Shown here piece by piece: positions 7,657 to 15,622 of a stretch of 46,127 nt of DNA. Positions within the stretch are counted from its first letter, which is position 1; the number at the start of each line of letters is the position of its first letter. The notes beneath the pieces are model-generated. The model was given only the letters and a program-made list of their open reading frames with translations, made no database searches and was not told the DNA's origin. Where the stretch lies: the IMG/VR virus record IMGVR_UViG_3300048592_000656; one strand, 5' to 3'. The stretch is from a virus. The position numbers were made by a program, and so were the translations under genes.

Positions 7657-8136
7657 ATGGACGCAGTAGATCCGACCTTGGCGAGTCTTTTGGCAGTCGA
7701 CACCCAATGGGATCGATTGCAAAGAGATGAAATGTTCCTCGCCATCGCCAAGGTCGTTTCTCTGCGAGGAACCTGCAGAAGGGCTCAAGTGGGTGCGGTG
7801 ATCGTCAAAGAGAACCGAATCATCTCCACAGGCTACAATGGGTCTGCCCCGGGTATGCCCCATTGCTATGAAGATGGTTGTCTCGAGGACGTGAATGGTG
7901 GGTGCACTCGGACGGTACATGCTGAAGCCAACTCGATTCTGTGGGCAGCGAGGTTCGGGGTATCGGTTGAAGACTCGGTGATGTATTCAACTCATTCCCC
8001 TTGTCTCTACTGTGCAAAGATGATCGTGGGGGCTGGCATCGTCAAGGTCACCTATCTGCACCCATACCGAGACCCCGCTGGGCTTGACTACATGCACAAC
8101 TGTGGGCTACGATACTGTCACCTTCAGGTTGGGTGA
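7657..8136 (+). CDS. dCMP deaminase (CMP/dCMP-type zinc deaminase)
   Basis: VHAEANSILWAA (HAE) and HSPCLYCAKMI (PCxxC) zinc-binding motifs. Start taken at ATG 7657, 1 nt after the upstream stop. Confidence 0.85.
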   Translation: MDAVDPTLASLLAVDTQWDRLQRDEMFLAIAKVVSLRGTCRRAQVGAVIVKENRIISTGYNGSAPGMPHCYEDGCLEDVNGGCTRTVHAEANSILWAARFGVSVEDSVMYSTHSPCLYCAKMIVGAGIVKVTYLHPYRDPAGLDYMHNCGLRYCHLQVG

Positions 8137-8162
8137 CTTTTTCGTTTGGGTTCCTGGGTACG

Positions 8163-8175
8163 CCTGAGATATAAT
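8163..8175 (+). promoter_or_regulatory. Promoter-like 13-mer CCTGAGATATAAT (-10 TATAAT 8170-8175)
   Basis: Intergenic and identical to the 13-mer at 13436-13448. ATG 8187 is 11 nt after the -10. TTGGGT lies 18 nt upstream, and a T5CGT run is at 8138-8145. Confidence 0.6.
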
Positions 8176-8186
8176 TGGAGAATCGT

Positions 8187-10799
8187 ATGGCAACAGTAAA
8201 CGGCGATCCTCGATGCACGTTATGTCCCCTTCACAAGACTGCACAGATCGTGTGTCTTATGGGTCGGGGGCCTCTCCCTTGCAAGGTGATGATCGTAGGC
8301 GAGGCACCTGGTCGAAGGGAGGATGACGTTGGTAAGCCCTTTCAAGGTGCTGCTGGGCGCGTTTTGGACGAGGAGCTTTCGCTCAACGATGTATCGAGGA
8401 ATGACGTTTACATCACCAACACAGCCCGATGTAGACCACCCAGGAATCGAACTCCCAAGGCCGTAGAGATTCGTGAATGCGCCATCTGGATGGAGAAGGA
8501 GTTCAAGGAAGTTCAACCCAAGTTCGTTCTCTTGATGGGTCGAACTGCTTTGAAGACCGTGCCATTCTGGAAAAAAGCGAGCATCACGAAGATCCGAGGC
8601 CAGATCTACGAGCACGATGGCGTCTATTACATGGCTACGTTCCACCCTGCAGCCTGTCTGCCTGGAAGAGATACTGGCCGTGATAAGAAGCGCCCGGCAT
8701 TCCGAATCGACTTGAGTACCTTCTTCAAGTTGGTACGAGACGGGAAACCCCAGGAAACTGAGGGATTGAACGTCCAGATAGTTCGGAATGCCGACACTTT
8801 CAACGAGATGATCGACGACCTTCGAGAATGTCCCGATCCCTCGTATGACTTGGAAACCATGGGCCTTCGACCTCACGTGCCAAAGAAAGACATAGTCCTG
8901 GCTGGCTTTGGTACAGAAAAAGCTCAATGGGTCGTACCCATCAATTATCCCACAGCCGACGGAGGCAACAAGGCCCCGTTCAAGACTCGTCGGTCTAGGA
9001 AAATGGCTTGGGAATTGATCGGCGAAGCAATCCACGGTAAAAAGCTCATTACCCACAATGGCAAGTTCGACGCTTTGTGGGCATATACGAGATATGGCGT
9101 GATGCCGTATATTGGCTTCGACACGATGCTTGCTCACTATGTTCTAGATGAGAATTCACCGCACGCTCTCAAGTACCTTGGCCCTCTCTACTTTGGTATC
9201 CATGATTGGTCATTGGATATGGAAGGCGAATGGTGGCTCAGGTATACGCTCAAGGAATCGTCGAAGTATCTAGCTCAGGATCTTTTCTACACTCGAAAGT
9301 TGAAAGGCATCTTGTATGCTGAGCTAAGAAAAGACCCCGCGCTACTCCGATTCTACCGAACAATCCTTCTGCCTGCTTTCAGGCTCTATGCTCGAGTCGA
9401 AAAGGAAGGTATGTTTCTCAATATGGCCAACTACGAGGCGGCCAAATCTCACGCAATGAATCTTTGGGGTAGGGCATGCCTCGAGGTCAATAGAATCGAC
9501 CCCTCCATCAATTGGGGATCGCCGAAGCAAGTAGCCAAAAAGCTATATGAGGAGTTTGGCTTTCCCATCATCAAGACGACAAAGAAGGGAGCTCCGTCGT
9601 CAGATGAGGCCACACTTACCATCTTGGCTGAACCCCCCGACAAACCCATCCATATGTCTATCACTCGGCCAAATGAAAATCCAAAGATATTCGGCTCGAG
9701 AAAGACTATCGAATGGTGGTCCGGATACAAACACGAGATTCCACAAGCTCTTTTGAATCATCGGGCAGCGAAGAAAATGAAGGAGTTTGTGGATTCGTGG
9801 GAAGAACACCAGCAAGGTGGGCTAATTCACCCGTCTTACAAATTCCTCACCGTCACGGGTCGACTCTCTTGTGAAGGTCCTAACATTCAGCAAACGCCTC
9901 GAGAAAAAATCTTGAGGCAATGCTTTGATGCCCCCTTTCCGTTCATCTTCGTCGAGGCCGACCATTCACAGGTCGAACTCCGAGGCGTAGCGATGTTCGC
10001 TCCCGAGCCTACGATGAAAGCCATCTTCATCGCAGGCGAAGATATTCACAGGATGACTGCTCGAGACATCATTGGGATTGCTAACCCTACAGCCGAAGAC
10101 CGAAAGAAAGCAAAGGCAGTCAACTTTGGTCTCATCTACAGGATGGGCTGGAAAAAGCTACGAATCTACGCTCGTACCAAGTACGGAGTTGAGCTTTCTC
10201 CCGGGGAAGCGAAGAAGATCGTCAAGAATTACTTCCTGAAGTACAATCGACTCCGGTATTACTACGAGAAGCAAGAACGAGTAGCTCGGATGAATGGCTA
10301 TGTCCGTCATCCGTTGGGTCGCGTTCGCCACCTTCCCAATATCTTTTCTGAAGACGAACAAGAGCAGAACGAGGCAATTCGACTTGCCATCAATTCCCCG
10401 GTTCAGGGGTTCGCTTCAGATTACAATCTAGCGGGCATGGTTGACGTCGACCTTGAATTCAATCCCACTTGGGATGGTCCGCTACGAATCGTAGGAACGG
10501 TTCACGACTCGGGGCTGATGTGGGTCCATGCTCTTCATCTCCGTCGAATCCTCCCGAGGGTGAAGGAGATCATGGAGCATCCGCCCCGAGTCAAGAACAA
10601 AATCGGATTTACTCCTACGGTGCCTTGGAAGGTCGATTTCAAGATCGGCCCTTGGGGCGCTGGCAAGGAAATCGATCCGATGGCATGGGAAAATTGGGAA
10701 GTCTTCGTCAAAGACATGAAGGAGTCTGGTCAATGGGAACGGTACAAGCAGGCGAGGGAAGCGAAGAAGATCGACTCGTCGTTTCCCTCAGTCGGATAA
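8187..10799 (+). CDS. polA: Family-4 uracil-DNA-glycosylase domain fused to a family A DNA polymerase with 3'-5' exonuclease
   Basis: UDG4: CTLCPL, GEAPGRREDDVGKPFQGAAGRVLDE, ARCRPPRNRTP, FHPAA. Exo: YDLETMGL, HNGKFD, YLAQDLFY. Pol: ADHSQVELRG (motif A), KAKAVNFGLIYRMG (motif B), GTVHDSG (motif C). ATG 8187 is preferred over the track TTG at 8175. Confidence 0.9.
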   Translation: MATVNGDPRCTLCPLHKTAQIVCLMGRGPLPCKVMIVGEAPGRREDDVGKPFQGAAGRVLDEELSLNDVSRNDVYITNTARCRPPRNRTPKAVEIRECAIWMEKEFKEVQPKFVLLMGRTALKTVPFWKKASITKIRGQIYEHDGVYYMATFHPAACLPGRDTGRDKKRPAFRIDLSTFFKLVRDGKPQETEGLNVQIVRNADTFNEMIDDLRECPDPSYDLETMGLRPHVPKKDIVLAGFGTEKAQWVVPINYPTADGGNKAPFKTRRSRKMAWELIGEAIHGKKLITHNGKFDALWAYTRYGVMPYIGFDTMLAHYVLDENSPHALKYLGPLYFGIHDWSLDMEGEWWLRYTLKESSKYLAQDLFYTRKLKGILYAELRKDPALLRFYRTILLPAFRLYARVEKEGMFLNMANYEAAKSHAMNLWGRACLEVNRIDPSINWGSPKQVAKKLYEEFGFPIIKTTKKGAPSSDEATLTILAEPPDKPIHMSITRPNENPKIFGSRKTIEWWSGYKHEIPQALLNHRAAKKMKEFVDSWEEHQQGGLIHPSYKFLTVTGRLSCEGPNIQQTPREKILRQCFDAPFPFIFVEADHSQVELRGVAMFAPEPTMKAIFIAGEDIHRMTARDIIGIANPTAEDRKKAKAVNFGLIYRMGWKKLRIYARTKYGVELSPGEAKKIVKNYFLKYNRLRYYYEKQERVARMNGYVRHPLGRVRHLPNIFSEDEQEQNEAIRLAINSPVQGFASDYNLAGMVDVDLEFNPTWDGPLRIVGTVHDSGLMWVHALHLRRILPRVKEIMEHPPRVKNKIGFTPTVPWKVDFKIGPWGAGKEIDPMAWENWEVFVKDMKESGQWERYKQAREAKKIDSSFPSVG

Positions 10800-11737
10800 A
10801 GCTATTCCGACAATGCACGATGGCCCATCATTACAGGTACGTCGAGAAACTCGAGCCTCGGCAAAAGCCAATCTACATGGAGCTGGGTCATCTAGTCCAT
10901 GAGCTGCTCGAGTGGGCGGCAAAGGGCAAGGACTGGGAAGCTCGATTGACCGAAGTGGAAGAAGATCGAGGCAATTTGTTCAAGCTCGAGTGGGAACATT
11001 ACGGAGACGTAATCAAAGATGCCCACAGCATCGTTCGCCGTTACCATAGAAGGTGGAAGCACGAGCCCCTCGAGTTTCTCTTGGCGGAGCCGGACTTCGA
11101 ACCCATTCCTTTCACAGACTACGAGGGCGAGACCATTTGGATCGTAGTAAAGCCCGACGGTCTTGTCAAGAGCGTTGACGGGGATCAATGGGTCCTCGAG
11201 CGAAAGACCGTACGCAAGTTCGGAGACGTCGAACAGCGAGTCTTCGATCTACAAACCAGTCTCTACATCTGGGGCCTCGACGTCCTGGGTTACTCGTGGT
11301 CGACGGGAGTTCTGTGGGACGAGATTCGAGCGAAGCGACCCAAAATCCCTGCACTCACGAAGAAGGGCTCTTTGAGTCGACGCAAGAGCATCGACACCGA
11401 TTGGCCGACCTATCTTCGAGCCATCAAAAAGCATGGCCTTGACCCTAGCGACTATCAAGATATGAAGTCGGCCATCACAGCAGACCCTGAGAAGTTCTAT
11501 CGGCGAATCCCGATCACCACAAGGCCTCCGATTGTCAAGCAAATCGTGGTCGAGGCCAAGCGTACCGCGAAGCAAATTGCTCGCCGCGACAAACCTGTGA
11601 TGGAGCTGGGGTTCCAGTGCAAGTCTTGCACATTCAATCGAATCTGCCGGACTCGGTTGATGGGCGGGGATGTCAATTTCGTCAAGAAGGTGGAATTCAC
11701 CAGAAGGGAAAGGCGCAATGCTAAAAAGGAAGCGTAA
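10733..11737 (+). CDS. PD-(D/E)XK exonuclease, Cas4/RecB-like, with Fe-S cysteines
   Basis: VKPDGLV...WVLERKTV (D..E.K), QTSLYIW, N-terminal FRQC plus C-terminal CKSCTFNRIC (C...CxxCx5C). ATG 10733 is chosen because the conserved N-terminal Cys lies upstream of the next Met. This gives a 67-nt overlap with polA. Confidence 0.65.
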   Translation: MGTVQAGEGSEEDRLVVSLSRIKLFRQCTMAHHYRYVEKLEPRQKPIYMELGHLVHELLEWAAKGKDWEARLTEVEEDRGNLFKLEWEHYGDVIKDAHSIVRRYHRRWKHEPLEFLLAEPDFEPIPFTDYEGETIWIVVKPDGLVKSVDGDQWVLERKTVRKFGDVEQRVFDLQTSLYIWGLDVLGYSWSTGVLWDEIRAKRPKIPALTKKGSLSRRKSIDTDWPTYLRAIKKHGLDPSDYQDMKSAITADPEKFYRRIPITTRPPIVKQIVVEAKRTAKQIARRDKPVMELGFQCKSCTFNRICRTRLMGGDVNFVKKVEFTRRERRNAKKEA

Positions 11738-12542
11738 GCCCGACTCGATGAGCGAGTCCAAGGGCACAGCATCAGAGAAGATCAAGAAGAGGATCAAGCC
11801 CATCGCTGCTCTGGAACTGATCCTATCCGTCCTGATCTACGGAAGATCTGGTACGGGCAAGACCAGCTTCGCAGCCACAATGGCTGACATCGTTCCCGAA
11901 GGGAAGAAGGTACTCCTGATCGACGTCCGAGAACAGGGTCAGGATTCGATTTCAGAATACGGTGACCGAGTCGACGTCTTCCGAGCAGATACCTGGGACG
12001 ACTTCGTCGGAGCCTACTGGTATCTCAAGGAAATGGAACATCCCTACGGGGGCGTGATCATCGATACCGTCACACAGGTTCAATCTCTGGCAATGCAGTG
12101 GGCCAAGCAAAAGGCCAAGAGTCCCGAAGTGATGTCAAGAAGGGCATGGGGTTTCCTAGGGTCTGCACTCAGTCCCGTACTACTGGACTATCGAGACCTT
12201 CCCATCCACACATGCTTCTTGGCTCAGGACCGAAAGTCGATCAATGACGATACCGAAGAGGAGATGGGCGATCTACTTCCTGACTTCGGCCCGGCCATGA
12301 TGCCCTCTGTGGCAAAGGACCTCAATGCGATGGTAAAGGCCATCGGTCAGACTCACATCAAGCAAAGGGAGAAAAAGAAGGACGGCAAAATCACCAAAAT
12401 CACGGAGTTCCGGATGCGACTTGGGCCTCATCCGGTATATCTGACCAAGGTTCGATCGCCCAAGGGTTCCAAGGTACCGGGATTCATTGTGGATCCCACG
12501 TTCGAGAAAATCCTGAAGATCATGAAGGGAGAATCGGTTTGA
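11718..12542 (+). CDS. AAA_24 / Sak4-like RecA-fold ATPase (recombination-associated)
   Basis: LIYGRSGTGKTSFAATMA (Walker A), VLLIDV and GVIIDTVTQVQ (Walker B region). ATG 11718 with a GGGAAAGG SD. Confidence 0.7.
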   Translation: MLKRKRKPDSMSESKGTASEKIKKRIKPIAALELILSVLIYGRSGTGKTSFAATMADIVPEGKKVLLIDVREQGQDSISEYGDRVDVFRADTWDDFVGAYWYLKEMEHPYGGVIIDTVTQVQSLAMQWAKQKAKSPEVMSRRAWGFLGSALSPVLLDYRDLPIHTCFLAQDRKSINDDTEEEMGDLLPDFGPAMMPSVAKDLNAMVKAIGQTHIKQREKKKDGKITKITEFRMRLGPHPVYLTKVRSPKGSKVPGFIVDPTFEKILKIMKGESV

Positions 12543-13102
12543 AGAGCAAGAGTTCGACCAAGTCGAAGAAGACTTCCTCGAGCACGTCCTCGAAGGACAC
12601 GAAGTCGATCGACTTCTCTGGCGTCCAGTCTGGTGGTCGCAAGAAGATCCCCGAGGGTGACTACCGCTTCAAGGTGGACAAGGCCTACTGGGATGAGTCG
12701 GAAGCGGGCAACGACATGGTCGTGTTCGAGTCCGTCGTAGCAGAGGGCGCCCAGAAGGGATGGCGAGGCTGGACCTACTGCGCAGTCACGCCGAAGGCTC
12801 TGTGGAAGCTCCGACAGATGCTCGAGGCTCTCGGGGTCGAGGTTCCCGAAGGGAAGAAGCTCGCCGTCAACCCGAAGAAGTACATCGGTCTCGAGCACGG
12901 GGGAACCGTCGAGTCCGAGGAGTACGACGGCAAGAAGCGGTCCAAGATCACGGACATCTTCCACGTGGATCAACTCGGTGATGGGGAGGAGGAAGAAGAG
13001 GAAGAGACCGAGGAAGACGATTCCGAAGAAGAAGAGGAAGAAGAGGAAGAGTCGGACGACGACGATTCCGAAGAGGAAGAAGAAGAGGAAGAGGACGACT
13101 AG
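12539..13102 (+). CDS. Probable ssDNA-binding protein (DUF669-like) with an extreme acidic tail (TTG start)
   Basis: Lies immediately after the Sak4-like ATPase. IPEGDYRFKVDKAYWDESEAGNDMVVFES core. The last ~45 aa are almost entirely Glu/Asp. Confidence 0.45.
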   Translation: MKSKSSTKSKKTSSSTSSKDTKSIDFSGVQSGGRKKIPEGDYRFKVDKAYWDESEAGNDMVVFESVVAEGAQKGWRGWTYCAVTPKALWKLRQMLEALGVEVPEGKKLAVNPKKYIGLEHGGTVESEEYDGKKRSKITDIFHVDQLGDGEEEEEEETEEDDSEEEEEEEEESDDDDSEEEEEEEEDD

Positions 13103-13105
13103 ACC

Positions 13106-13411
13106 ATGAGCTCTGAAGTCGATCTCGTAGAAGCGATCAGAGAAGCCCTCGAGAACGGCTTCAGAGACTCTGTCTGGTACAAGATCCACGGTGGCCGTTT
13201 CCAAGAGAAAGGCATCGCGGATCTCCTGGGCTGCGTGGAGGGTGTATTCTTCGCTCTGGAAGTCAAGCTTCCGGGGAAGGAGGATACACTCTCCCCTGCC
13301 CAGGGCTATCAGATTCGACGAGTGCTTAAGGCCAAGGGCCATTCCGCGATGGTCAGTAGTATTCCACAGGCTTTCACACAAGTTCGTCGAGGACTGAAAA
13401 ATAGACGTTAG
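13106..13411 (+). CDS. VRR-NUC domain nuclease
   Basis: GIADLLGCVEGVFFALEVKLPGKEDTLSPAQGYQIRRVLKAKG fits the VRR-NUC PD-(D/E)XK pattern (D...E.K...Q). Sits upstream of the SNF2 helicase, a common pairing. Confidence 0.7.
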   Translation: MSSEVDLVEAIREALENGFRDSVWYKIHGGRFQEKGIADLLGCVEGVFFALEVKLPGKEDTLSPAQGYQIRRVLKAKGHSAMVSSIPQAFTQVRRGLKNRR

Positions 13412-13435
13412 CAGGTCCTTTACGAGACGACCTCG

Positions 13436-13448
13436 CCTGAGATATAAT
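13436..13448 (+). promoter_or_regulatory. Promoter-like 13-mer CCTGAGATATAAT (-10 TATAAT 13443-13448)
   Basis: Intergenic. TTTACG lies 18 nt upstream of the -10. ATG 13456 begins exactly 7 nt after the -10, so a leaderless transcript is predicted. Confidence 0.6.
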
Positions 13449-13455
13449 AACCGAA

Positions 13456-14835
13456 ATGACGAAAATCCCTCTCAAACTACACCAAAAGCTTGGCATAGCC
13501 CGAGCGATGAAGTTTGACGGTTACGCTCTTTATTTCAAACAGGGAGTAGGGAAGACTGCTGCAGCCATTGGTTATCTCGAGGCTAGGCAACCAATCTCTA
13601 CAGTCCTTGTTATTTGTCCGCCGGTCGTGATTGATACATGGCTGGAAGAAATCGAAAAGTTCGCCGACTTTGAGCGAAGGGTGATCCGGTTAGATGACTT
13701 CGGAGCACTGCAGGGAGCTGAGTTTCGATCGCTCGTTAGGAAATCAAGGGGTGCAAAAAACACCCTAATCGTTCTCGCAGGCTATCAGCTCGTAGTCCGA
13801 AGGAAGAACTGGTTCAAGAGACTGCGATGGGACGTCGCGATTGCCGACGAATCCCATATGATTAAGAAACATTCCTCGAAGCAATCTAAAGTCCTATATC
13901 AAATTGGGAAATTGACCCAGTACAAATTGCTTTTGTCTGGGACCCCATTTGATAAGGGCGGTCTCGACGTCTTCGCCCAATACCGATTTGCATGTCCCGA
14001 AGTGTTTGGGACCCATTGGGGTAAATTCACCGAGAGATATGCCAAGAACATCGGGTATGGGTACACTAAGCTTGTGGTCAAAGAGACTAAGAAGGCCAAG
14101 CTTAGGGAAAAGATTCATTCACGGATGATGAGGGTTGAGATCGAGGACGTCGAGCAAATGCCCGAGCTCAATCATTCCGTGAAGCGGTTCGATCTCGAGC
14201 CCGACGTCAAAAAGATATATGATGAGCTCGAGGCTGAAGCTGTGGCAGAATTCAAGGGCAAGATGGCTTTTGCTCCTGTGGTTCTAGCGAAGACTACCCG
14301 TCTGCAACAGATTGCAGGAGGTTTCTTCGTAGACGATAGGAAACAAATTCACAGGATTAGCCGAGCTAAGACTCGGAAGCTAAAAGAACTTCTCCAGCAG
14401 ATCGGGAATGAGAAGGTCGTAATCTACTGTAGATTCAGACCCGAGATAGAAGCAGTTGCCAAGCTTTGCACTGCTATGGGTCTCAATCCCATCCAAATGC
14501 ATGGGGGCATTAACCGAAGAAAGCGAATGCCGCTCCGAAAGCAGTTTGTGCAGGACCGGTCGGCAAAAGTCTTCGTTTCACAGATCCGTGTCGGTGGGAT
14601 CGGGGTTAACGAGCTTCGGGTAGCTCGCATTGGGATTATGTACTCCACGACGCACTCGTGGATTGATTTCGACCAAGCCGTAACACGCCTATACAGGAAA
14701 GGACAGACTAGGAATGTAATCTTCTATCATCTGATTGCCAGAGACACAGTGGATGAAGATATCTACAAGACCGTTAAATCCAAGGGTAAGCGTACACAAG
14801 TCCTTCTTCGGATGGAACAAAGGAGAACCGCTTGA
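13456..14835 (+). CDS. SNF2-family DNA helicase/translocase
   Basis: FKQGVGKTAAAI (motif I), IADESHMIK (DExH), LLLSGTP (motif III), and C-terminal helicase motifs SQIRVGGIGVNEL and QAVTRLYRKGQ. Confidence 0.85.
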   Translation: MTKIPLKLHQKLGIARAMKFDGYALYFKQGVGKTAAAIGYLEARQPISTVLVICPPVVIDTWLEEIEKFADFERRVIRLDDFGALQGAEFRSLVRKSRGAKNTLIVLAGYQLVVRRKNWFKRLRWDVAIADESHMIKKHSSKQSKVLYQIGKLTQYKLLLSGTPFDKGGLDVFAQYRFACPEVFGTHWGKFTERYAKNIGYGYTKLVVKETKKAKLREKIHSRMMRVEIEDVEQMPELNHSVKRFDLEPDVKKIYDELEAEAVAEFKGKMAFAPVVLAKTTRLQQIAGGFFVDDRKQIHRISRAKTRKLKELLQQIGNEKVVIYCRFRPEIEAVAKLCTAMGLNPIQMHGGINRRKRMPLRKQFVQDRSAKVFVSQIRVGGIGVNELRVARIGIMYSTTHSWIDFDQAVTRLYRKGQTRNVIFYHLIARDTVDEDIYKTVKSKGKRTQVLLRMEQRRTA

Positions 14836-15206
14836 GTGCTGTCCCGGCCGAGAAAGAGGCCATTGTCAAGAGGGTCAAGGAACTTTTCGAGATCGTTGAG
14901 GCAGAAGCCAAGGTCAGACGAAAGAAGCGGCCCGTCACACCTCCGTCCAATCAACCGAATTACCAATCCTACGCGGCTACGCAATCCACAAAGCGACGGA
15001 AGAAGGCTAGAAAGCCTGGAGCCGTCGAGGGTCCCGTGGTCACGTTGAAAGAATTGGCATTCGACCACAAGATCAGTGCAAAGGATCTTCGAAGGATGCT
15101 CAGGAAGGCTGGGATCAATCGACCTGGCGGAAGGTGGGAATGGCCGGTCGGGGGCGATGATGCGAATCGGATTCAGCAGATCATCGCTAGGAGGAAGAAG
15201 AAATGA
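14832..15206 (+). CDS. Hypothetical basic protein (124 aa, TTG start)
   Basis: ORF track. AAAGGAGA SD 7 nt upstream. VTLKELAFDHKISAKDLRRMLRKAGINRPGGRWEW resembles the N-terminal region of the protein at 44874..45332. Confidence 0.5.
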   Translation: MSAVPAEKEAIVKRVKELFEIVEAEAKVRRKKRPVTPPSNQPNYQSYAATQSTKRRKKARKPGAVEGPVVTLKELAFDHKISAKDLRRMLRKAGINRPGGRWEWPVGGDDANRIQQIIARRKKK

Positions 15207-15283
15207 ATACACTCCTCATCATCGTGCTGCTGCTGGCATTGCTGATTCTTCTAGTCTTTTTCATGCTCGGTCTGTACGAGTAA
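15203..15283 (+). CDS. Possible 26-aa single-pass membrane peptide
   Basis: Not in the ORF track. ATGA overlap with the upstream gene. MNTLLIIVLLLALLILLVFFMLGLYE, stop TAA 15281-15283. Confidence 0.3.
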   Translation: MNTLLIIVLLLALLILLVFFMLGLYE

Positions 15284-15622
15284 CTATCTCGGAGGTCCCC
15301 GAGTTCGTTGCTTCTTGTATGGCCACCTAGTCCATCCAAGCTCTCGGACTACGCGGTAATACATCGAAGCAACTTTCTCGGGGACCCCGTAGAGAATCAA
15401 CTCATAGAATAGCTGAGCATCCGCTATGAGTCGATCCTCTTCGGTTCCACCTACCCAATACGCAGAATCATGATTCAGACAAGGGATACCGCCCGCTATG
15501 TCAGGCGAAGCGGTACAACCCTGGTCTGCTGATCCCAAGACATACTGGGCTGATTCTTCACTGTGGAGCCAAGTCGGAGCACAGGCCAGACTGAGGAGTA
15601 AAACTACGGTGAATCTTTTCAC
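15284..15622 (-). CDS. Secreted small protein with an HDxxY motif (DUF1353-like from memory)
   Basis: Signal-peptide-like MKRFTVVLLLSLACAPTWL. PDIAGGIPCLNHDSAYWVGG...RLIADAQLFYELI. Confidence 0.5.
   Translation of the reverse strand: MKRFTVVLLLSLACAPTWLHSEESAQYVLGSADQGCTASPDIAGGIPCLNHDSAYWVGGTEEDRLIADAQLFYELILYGVPEKVASMYYRVVRELGWTRWPYKKQRTRGPPR

Noticed and set aside
8175-8186. The track start TTG 8175 for the polymerase.
   Set aside because: That TTG overlaps the last base of the TATAAT box. ATG 8187 follows a GGAG at proper distance and gives the expected UDG4 N-terminus. The 4 extra codons are unlikely to be translated.
10469-10732. The N-terminal 88 codons of track ORF 10469..11737, which would give a 422-aa exonuclease.
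   Set aside because: This part lies entirely inside the polA coding region in another frame and is Gly/Ser/Arg-rich. The nuclease-like sequence begins near ATG 10733.
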